From assembly GCF_009914755.1 (NCBI RefSeq), contig NC_060933.1: DNA of 64,000 bases, one strand, 5' to 3'. A model generated the notes under the pieces. The model did no database searches. It was given only the letters and a program-made list of their open reading frames with translations, and had not been told where the DNA came from. This DNA is from the human T2T-CHM13v2.0 reference genome, Homo sapiens. Made by a program: the position numbers and the translations under genes. The first letter of the stretch is position 1, and the number at the start of each line of letters is the position of its first letter. This document shows, one piece after another, positions 54,601 through 64,000 of this stretch.

Positions 54601-57600
54601 CATTCCATTCGATTCCATTCCATTCCAATTCTTTCCATTCCATTCTATTCCGTACCATTCCATTCCATTCCATACAATTCCATTCCATTCCATTCCATTC
54701 CATTCCATTCCATTCCGTTCCATTCCGTTCCGTTCCATTCCATTCCATTCCATTCTATTCGGGTTAATTCCACTCCATTCCATTCCATTCTATTCCACTC
54801 CATTGCAATCGAGTTGAATCCATTGCATTCCATTCCATTCCATTCCAATCCATTCCGGAAGATTCCATTCCATTGCATTCCATTCCATTCCATTCCCCTG
54901 CACTCGCATTGAATCCATTCCATTCCATTCCATTCCATTCCATTCCATTCCATTCCATTCCTTTCCGTTCCATTGCATTCCATTCCATTCCATTCCCTTC
55001 CATTCCGTTCCGTTCCATTCCATTCCATTCCCTTCTATTGGGGTTAATTCCATTCCATTCCATTCGATTACAATCGAGTTGATTCCATTCCATTCCATTC
55101 CATTCCATTCCATTCCATTCCTTTCCATTCCATTACGGATGATTCCATTCCATTGCATTCCATTCCATTCCATTCCCCTGTACTCGGGTTGACTCCATTC
55201 CATTCCATTCCAATCCATGCCATTCCACTCGTGTTGATTCCATTCTTTCCATTCCATTCACGTTGAATCCATTCCATTGCATTCCATTCCATTCGATTCC
55301 ATTCGATTGCACTCGGGTTGATTCCATTCCATTGCATTCCATTCCATTCCATTCCATTCCATTCCGTTCCATTCCATTTCATTACATTCAGATTGATTCT
55401 ATTCAATTCCCTTACACTCCATTATATTCCAATCCATTCTGGTTGTTTCCATTCCATTCCATTCCATTTCACTCGTGTTGATTCCATTCCTTTCCATTCC
55501 ATTCGGATTGAAGCCATTCCATTCCATTCAATTCCACTCCATTCCATTCCATTCCATTCCATTCCATTCCATTCCATTCCATTCCATTGTACTCGGGTTG
55601 ATTCCATTCCATTGCATTCCATTCCATTCCATTCCATTCTGTTCCATTCCATTCCATTACATTCGGATTTATTCTATTCAACTCCGTTACTCTCCATAAC
55701 ATTCCATTCCATTCGGGTTGTTCCATTCCATTCCATTCCATTCCACTCCATTCCATTACACTCGGGTTGATTCCATTCCATTCCATTCCATTCCATTCCA
55801 TTCCGGATGATTCCATTCCATTGCATTCCGTTCCATTACTTTCCCCTGCACTCGCGTTGATTCCATTCCATTCCATTCCATTCCATACCATTCCATTCCA
55901 TTCCATTCCATTCCATTCCATTCCTTTCCATTCCATTACGGATGATTCCATTCCATTGCATTCCATTCCATTCCATTCCCCTGTACTTGGGTTGATTCCA
56001 TTCCATTCCATTCCAATCCATGCCATTCCACTCGTGTTGATTCCATTCTTTCCATTCCATTCAAGTTGAATCCACTCCATTGCATTCCATTCCATTCGAT
56101 TCCATTCGATTGCACTCGGGTTGATTCCATTCCATTGCATTCCATTCCATTCCATTCCATTCCATTCCATTCTATTTCGTTCCATTCCATTCCATTACAT
56201 TCGGAATGATTCTTTTCAACTCCCTTACTCTCCATTACATTCCATTCCATTCGGGTTGTTCCATTCCATTCCATTACATTCCACTCCATTCCATTCCACT
56301 CCATTCCATTGCACTCGGGTTGATTCCATTCCATTCCATTCCATTCCATTCCATTCCATTCCATTCCATTCCCCTGCACTCGCGTTGATTCCATTCCATT
56401 CCATTCCATTCCATTCCATTGCTTTCCGTTCCATTCCATTCCATTCCATTCAATTCCGTTCCGTTCCATTCCATTCCATTCCATTCTATTCGGGTTAATT
56501 CCATTCCATTCCATTCGATTGCAATCTAGTTGATTCCATTCTATTCCATTCCATTCCATTCCATTCCATTCCTTTCCATTCCATTCCGGATGATTCCATT
56601 CCATTGCATTGCGTTCCATTATATTCCCCTGAACTAGGGTTGATTCCATTCCATTCCATTCCATTCCATTCCATTCGATTCCATTCCATTCCAATTCTTT
56701 CCTTTCCATTCTATTCCGTACCATTCCATTCCATTCCATTCCATACCATTCCATTCCATTCCATTCCATTCCATTCCATTCCATTCCATTGCATTCCGTT
56801 CCATTCCGTTCCATTCCATTCCATTCCATTCGGATTCATTCTATTCAATTCCCTTACACTCCATTACATTACATTCCAATCGGGTAGTTTCCATTCCATT
56901 CCATTCCATTCTTCTCCATTCCATTGCACTCGGGTTGATTCCATTCCATTCCATTCCATTCCATTCCATTCCATTCCATTCCATTCCGGATGATTCCATT
57001 CCATTGCATTCCATTCCATTCCATTCCCCTGCACTCGGGTTGATTCCATTCCATTCCATTCCATTCCATTGCGTTCCGTTCCATTCCATTCCATTCCATT
57101 CGGATTGATTCTATTCAATTCCCTTACACTCCATTACATTCCATTCCATTCGGGTAGTTTCCATTCCATTCCATTCCATTCCTCTCCATTCCATTGCATT
57201 CGTGTTGATTCCATTCCATTCCATTCCATTATATTCCATTCCATTCCATTCCATTGTACTCGGGTTGATTCCATTCCATTGCATTCCATTCCATTCCATT
57301 CCATTCCATTCCATTCCATACCGTTCCATTCCATTACTTTCGGATTGATTCTATTCAACTCCCTTACTCTCCATTACATTACATTCCAATCGGGTTGTTC
57401 CATTCCATTCCATTCCATTCCACTCCATTCCATTGCACTCGGGTTGATTCCATTCCATTCCATTCCATTCCATTCCATTCCATTCCATTCCGGATGATTC
57501 CATTCCATTGCATTCCGTTCCATTACATTCCCCTGCACTCGGGTTGATTCCATTCCATTCCATTCCATTCCATTCCATTCCATTCCATTCCATTCCATTC

Positions 57601-58729
57601 CATTCCGTACCATTCCATTCCATTCCATACAATTCCATTCCATTCCATTCCATTCCATTCCATTCCATTCCGTTCCGTTCCGTTCCGTTCCGTTCCATAC
57701 CATTCCATTCCATTCTATTCGGGTTAATTCCATTCCATTCCATTCCATTCCATTCTATTCCATTCCATTGCAATCGAGTTGAATCCATTGCATTCCATTC
57801 CATTCCATTCCATTCCATTCCATTCCATTCAATTCCGGAAGATTCCATTCCATTGCATTCCATTCCATTCCATTCCCCTGCACTCGCGTTGATTCCATTC
57901 CATTCCATTCCATTCCATTCCATTCCATTCCATTCCTTTCCGTTCCATTCCATTCCATTCCATTCCGTTCCGTTCCGTTCCGTTCCATTCCATTCCATTC
58001 CATTCGATTCCATTCCATTCCAATTCTTTCCATTCCATTCTATTCCGTACCATTCCATTCCATTCCATACAATTCCATTCCATTCCGTTCCATTCCATTC
58101 CATTCCGTTCCGTTCCGTTCCGTTCCGTTCCATTCCATTCCATTCCAATCTATTCGGGTTAATTCCATTCCATTCCATTCCATTCCATTCTATTCCATTC
58201 TATTGCAATCGAGTTGAATCCATTGCATTCCATTCCATTCCATTCCATTCCATTCCAGAAGATTCCATTCCATTGCATTCCATTCCATTCCATTCCCCTG
58301 CACTCGCGTTGATTCCATTCCATTCCATTCCATTCCATTCCCTTCCATTCCGTTCCATTCCATTCCATTCCATTCCTTTCCGTTCCGTTCCGTTCTATTC
58401 CATTCCATTCTATTCGGGTTAATTCCATTCTATTCCATTCGATTGCAATCGAGTTGATTCCATTCCATTCCATTCCATTCCATTCCATTCCATTCCATTC
58501 ATTTCCATTCCATTACGGATGATTCCATTCCATTGCATTACATTCCATTCCATTCCCCTGTACTCGGGTTGATTCCATTCCATTCCGTTCCATTCCATTC
58601 CATTCCATTCCATTCCGGAAGATTCCATTCCATTCCATTCCATTCCATTCCGATCCGTTCCATTCCATTCCATTCCATTCCATTCCATTCCGTTCCGTTC
58701 CCTTCCATTCCATTCCATTCGAGTGCAAT

Positions 58730-60200
58730 CGAGTTGATTCCATTACACTCCATTCCATTCCATTCCATTCCATTCCATTCCATTCCATTCCATTCCTTTC
58801 CATTACATTTCGGATGAATCCATTCCATTTCATTCCATTCCATTCCATTCCCCTGTACTCGGGTTGATTCCATTCCATTCCATTCCAATCCATGCCGTTC
58901 CACTCGTGTTGATTCCATTCTTTCCATTCCATTCAAGTAGAATCCATTCCATTGCATTCCATTCCATTCGATTCCATTCGATTGCACTCGGGTTGATTCC
59001 ATGGCATTGCATTCCATTCCATTCCATTCCATTCCATTCCATTCCATTCCATTCCATTCGGATTCATTCTATTCAATTCCCTTACACTCCATTACATACC
59101 ATTCCATTCGGGTAGTTTCCATTCCATTCCATTCCATTCCTCTCCATTCCATTGTACTCGGGTTGATTCCATTCCATTCCATTCCATTCCATTCCATTCC
59201 ATTCCATTCCGGATGATTCCATTCCATGGAATTCCATTCCATTCCATTCCCCTGCACTTGGGTTGATTCCATTCCATTCCATTCCATTCCTTTCTGTTCC
59301 ATTCTATTCCATTCCATTCCATTCTATTCTTGTTAATTCCATTCCATTCTATTCCATTCCATTCCATTGAAATCGAGTTGATTCCATTCCATTCCATTCC
59401 ATTCCATTCCATTCCATTCCATTCTGGATGATTCCATTCCATTCCATTCCATTCCATTCCATTCCGTTTCGTTCCATTCCATTCCATTCCATTCGATTGC
59501 AATCGAGTTGATTCCATTACACTCCATTCCATTCCATTCCATTCCATTCCTTTCCATTACGTTTCGGATGATTCCATTCCATTTCATTCCATTCCATTCC
59601 ATTCCCCTGTACTCGGGTTGATTCCATTCCATTCCATTCCAATCCATGCCATTCCACTCGTGTTGATTCCATTCTTTCCATTCCATTCAAGTTGAATCCA
59701 TTCCATTGCATTCCATTCCATTCGATTCCATTCGATTGCACTCGGGTTGATTCCATGGCATTGCATTCCATTCCATTCCATTCCATTCCATTCCATTCCA
59801 TTCGGATTCATTCTATTCAATTCCCTTACACTCCATTACATTCCATTCCATTCGGGTAGTTTCCATTCCATTCCATTCCATTCCTCTCCATTCCATTGCA
59901 CTCGGGTTGATTCCATTCCATTCCATTCCATTCCATTCCATTCCATTCCGGATGATTCCATTCCATGGAATTCCATTCCATTCCATTCCCCTGCACTTCG
60001 GTTGATTCCATTCCATTCCATTCCATTCCATTCTGCTCCATTCTATTCCATTCCATTCCATTCTATTCTTGTTAATTCCATTCCATTCTATTCCATTCCA
60101 TTCCATTGAAATCGAGTTGATTGCATTCCATTCCATTCCATTCCATTCCATTCCATTCCATTCCATTCCATTCTGGATGATTCCATTCCATTGCATTCCA
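58730..60200 (-). repeat. ~0.75 kb tandem duplication
   Basis: CCATGGCATTGC occurs at 58999/59753 (offset 754) and CCATGGAATTCC at 59224/59963 (offset 739). TATTCTTGTTAA, TTGAAATCGAG, TTCTGGATG and CATTACACTCC are also doubled. Confidence 0.85.
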
Positions 60201-60289
60201 TTCCATTCCGTTCCTTTCCGTTCCATTCCATTCCATTCCACTCCATTCCATTCCGTTCCGTTCCGTTCCGTTCCATTCCATTCCATTCC

Positions 60290-62240
60290 ATTCCATTCGG
60301 GTTAATACCATTCCATTCCAATCGATTGCAATCGAGTTGATTCCATTCCATTCCATTCCACTCCATTCCATTCCATTCCATTCCTTTCCATTCCATTACG
60401 GATGATTCCATTCCATTGCATTTCATTCCATTCCATTCCCCTGTACTCGGGTTCATTCCATTCCATTCCATTCCAATCCATGCCATTCCACTCCTGTTGA
60501 TTCCATTCTATTAGTTTCCATTCCATTCCATTCCCTTCCATTCCACTCTGGTTGATTCCATTCCTTTCCATTCCACTCGAATACATTCCCTCCTATTCCA
60601 CTCGGAACGATTCTATTCCATTCCATTCCATTCCATTCCATTCCATTTCGTTCCATTCCATTCTATTCCGTACCATTCCATTCCATTCCATTCCTTTCCA
60701 TTCCATTCCATTCCACTCGTGTTGATTCCATTCCTTTCCATTCCATTCGGTTTGAAAGCATTCCATTCCATTCAATTCCACTCCATTCCATTCCATTCCA
60801 TTCCTTTCCATTCCATTACATTCCATTCCATTCCATTCCATAGTACTCGGGTTGATTCCATTCCATTCCATTCCATTCCATTCCATTCCATTCCATTCCA
60901 TTCCGTTGCATTGCATTCCATTACATTCGGATTGATTCTATTCAACTCCGTTACTCTCCATTACATTCCATTCCATACGGGTTGTTCCATTCCATTCCAT
61001 TCCATTCCACTCCATTCCATTGCACTCGGGTTGATTCCATTCCATTCCATTCCGGATGATTCCATTCCATTGCATTCCGTTCCATTACATTCCCCTGCAC
61101 TCGCGTTGATTCCATTCCATTCCATTCCATTCCATTCAATTCCATTCCATTACAATTCGTTCCATTCCATTCTATTCCGTACCATTCCATTCCATTCCAT
61201 ACCATTCCATTCCATTCCATTCCATTCCATTCCTTTCCATTCCGTTCCATTCCATTCCATTCCATTCTATTCGGGTTAATTCCATTCCATTCCATTCCAT
61301 TCCATTCTATTCCATTCCATTGCAATCGAGTTGAATCCATTGCATTTCATTCCATTCCATTCCATTCCATTCCGGAAGATTCCATTCCATTGCATTCCAT
61401 TCCATTCCATTTCCCTGCACTCGCGTTGATTCCATTCCATTCCATTCCATTCCATTCCATTCCGTTCCGTTCCGTTCCGTTCCATTCCATTCCATTCCAT
61501 TCTATTCGGGTTAATTCCATTCCATTCCAATCGATTGCAATCGAGTTGATTCCATTCCATTCCATTCCATTCCATTCCATTCCATTCCATTCCTTTCCAT
61601 TCCATTACGGATGATTCCATTCCATTGCATTTCATTCCATTCCATTCCCCTGTACTCGGGTTCATTCCATTCCATTCCATTCCAATCCATGCCATTCCAC
61701 TCGTGTTGATTCCATTCTATTAGTTTCCATTCCATTCCATTCCCTTCCATTCCACTCTGGTTGATTCCATTCCTTTCCATTCCACTCGAATACATTCCCT
61801 CCTATTCCACTCGGAACGATTCTATTCCATTCCATTCCATTCCATTCCATTCCATTTCGTTCCATTCCATTCTATTCCGTACCATTCCATTACATTCCAT
61901 TCCTTTCCATTCCATTCCATTCCACTCTTGTTGATTCCATTCCTTTCCATTCCATTCGGTTTGAAAGCATTCCATTCCATTCAATTCCACTCCATTCCAT
62001 TCCATTCCATTCCTTTCCATTCCATTACATTCCATTCCATTCCATTCCATTGTACTCGGGTTGATTCCATTCCATTCCATTCCATTCCATTCCATTCCAT
62101 TCCATTCCATTCCGTTGCATTCCATTCCATTACATTCGGATTGATTCTATTCAACTCCGTTACTCTCCATTACATTCCATTCCATACGGGTTGTTCCATT
62201 CCATTCCATTCCATTCCACTCCATTCCATTGCACTCGGGT
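60290..62240 (-). repeat. 1209-bp-period tandem duplication (second copy partial)
   Basis: CCAATCGATTGC, GGGTTCATTCC, GGAACGATTCTATT, TTTGAAAGCA and CCATACGGG are each doubled. Four near-identical ORF pairs in the track are offset by exactly 1209 (60302/61511, 60453/61662, 60593/61802, 60719/61928). Confidence 0.9.
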
Positions 62241-64000
62241 TTATTCCATTCCATTCCATTCCATTCCATTCCAATCCATGCCATTCCACTCGTGTTGATT
62301 CCATTCTTTCCATTCCATTCAAGTTGAATCCATTCCATTGCATTCCATTCCATTCCATTCCCCTTCAGTGGGGTTGATTCCATTCCATTCCATTCCATTC
62401 CATTCCCCTGCACTCGGTTTGATTCCATTCCATTCCACTCCATTCCATTCCATTCCATTCCGTTGTATTCGGGTTAATTCCATTCCATTCCATTCCATTC
62501 CATTCCATTCCAATACATTACAATCGAGTTGATTCCATTCCATTCCATTCCATTCCATTCCATTCCATTCCATTCCAGTCCTTTCCATTCCATTCCACTC
62601 GGGTTGATTCCATTCTATTAGTTTCCATTCCATTCCATTCCCTTCCATTCCACTCTGGTTGATTCCATTCCTTTCCATTCCACTCGAATACATTCCTTCC
62701 TATTCCACTCGGAACGATTCCATTCCATTCCATTCCATTCCATTCCATTTCGTTCCATTCCATTCTATTCCGTATCATTCCATTCCATTCCATTCCATTC
62801 CATTCCATTCCATTCCATTGCGCTCAGGTTGATTCCATTCCATTCCATTCCATTCCATTCCATTCCATTCCATTCCATTCCATTCCGGATGATTCCATTC
62901 CATTGCATTCCGTTCCATTACATTCCCCTGCACTCACGTTGATTCCATTCCATTCCATTCAATTCCATTCCATTACAATTCGTTACATTCCATTCTGTTC
63001 CATACCATTCCATTCCATTCCATACCATTCCATTCCATTCCGTTCCATTCCGTTCCATTGCATTCCATTCCATTGTATTCGGGTTAATTCCATTCCATTC
63101 CATTCCATTCCATTCTATTCCATTCCATTGCAATCGAGTTGAATCCATTGCATTCCATTCCATTCCATTCCATTCCATTCCATTCCATTCCGGAAGATTC
63201 CATTCCATTGCATTCCATTCCATTCCATTCCCCTGCACTCGCGTTGATTCCATTCCATTCCATTCCGTTCCGTTCCATTCCATTCCATTCCATTCCATTC
63301 CATTCCATTCCGTTCCTTTCCATTCCATTCCATTCCATTCTATTCGGGTTAATTCCATTCCATTCCATTTTATTGCAAGCGAGTTGAATCCATTCCATTG
63401 CATTCCATTCCATTCGATTCCATTCGATTGCACTCGGGTTGATTCCTTTCCATTGCATTCCATTCCATTCCATTCCATTCCATTCCATTCCATTCCATTC
63501 CGTTCCATTCCTTTCCATTATATTCGGATTGATTCTATTCAATTCCCTTACACTCCATTACATTCCATTCCATTCGGGTAGTTTCCACTCCATTCCATTC
63601 CATTCCTCTCCATTCCATTGCACTCGGGTTGATTCCATTCCATTGCATTCCATTCCATTCCATTCAATTCCATTCCTTTCCATTCCATTCCATTACATTC
63701 GGATTGATTCTATTCAACTCCCTTACTCTCCATTACATTCGATTCCATTCGGGTTGTTCCATTCCATTCCATTCCATTCCACTCCATTCCATTGCACTCG
63801 GGTTGATTCCATTCCATTCCATTCCATTCCATTCCGGAAGATTCCATTCCATTGCATTGCATTCCATTCCATTCCCCTGCACTCGCGTTGATTCCATTCC
63901 ATTCCATTCCATTCCATTCCATTCCGTTCCGTTCCGTTCCATTCCATTCCATTCCATTCCGTTCCGTTCCGTTCCATTCCATTCCATTCCATTCTATTTG

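Larger units (their letters stand above)
39201..64000. repeat. Variant domain A (right), present on both sides of the inversion
   Basis: ATCTTCCGG returns at about 39285, AGGAGGGAATG at about 39580 and GAGAGTAAGGGAGTTG at about 40666. The same modules occur as reverse complements after 51,659 (CCGGAAGAT, CAACTCCCTTACTCTCC, ATTCCCTCCTATTCC). Confidence 0.72.
51654..64000 (-). repeat. Satellite III (HSat3-type) array in inverted orientation (CATTC on +)
   Basis: From about 51,659 the + strand reads (ATTCC)n with ACTCGGGTTG, GCAATCGAGTTG and CAATTCCCTTACACTCC, the reverse complements of the modules in the left part. This continues to the window end. Confidence 0.97.

Noticed and set aside
1-64000. 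Hundreds of ORFs up to 475 aa (MEWNG / IPFHS repeats), e.g. 12246-13673, 14028-15410, 53560-54783
   Set aside because: (GGAAT)n has no stop codon in any frame on either strand and contains ATG in every pair of units, so long overlapping ORFs in all six frames are expected. There is no codon, domain or splice evidence.
1-64000. CRISPR-like alternation of conserved modules and spacers
   Set aside because: The 'spacers' are GGAAT runs rather than unique sequences, the modules are pentamer-derived and varied, and no cas genes are present.
1-64000. Assignment to HSat2, or to a specific HSat3 subfamily, chromosome or species
   Set aside because: Long pure GGAAT runs and the CAACCCGAGT decamer argue against HSat2. 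Subfamily, chromosome and species need k-mer comparison that I cannot perform.
1-64000. Embedded Alu/L1/LTR, telomeric repeats or canonical G-quadruplex motifs
   Set aside because: I saw no non-satellite stretch, poly-A tail or TTAGGG array. GGG/GGGG runs are isolated and not clustered in fours.

Overview
The whole 64 kb is a classical human/great-ape satellite III (HSat3) type array: (GGAAT)n pentamers interrupted by recurrent modules such as CAACCCGAGT, CAACTCGATTGC, ATTAACCCGAATAG and GAGTGTAAGGGAATTG. I see no genes, RNA genes, transposon insertions or unique sequence. All listed ORFs are stop-free artefacts of the pentamer (MEWNG on the GGAAT strand, IPFHS on the CATTC strand). The main structural feature is a clean strand inversion at about 51,655, with GGAAT on + before it and CATTC on + after it. 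The junction has a 5-bp microhomology (CGAGT) and a perfect 12-bp inverted repeat. The array is also layered into two variant 'dialects' (A 1-5.5 kb, B 5.5-39.2 kb, A again 39.2-64 kb, spanning the inversion). It carries nested duplications from 55 bp up to a degenerate ~9.2-9.5 kb period. I cannot support a novel gene-encoded system here; the interest lies in the array architecture. All motif counts and offsets were read by eye and should be confirmed computationally.
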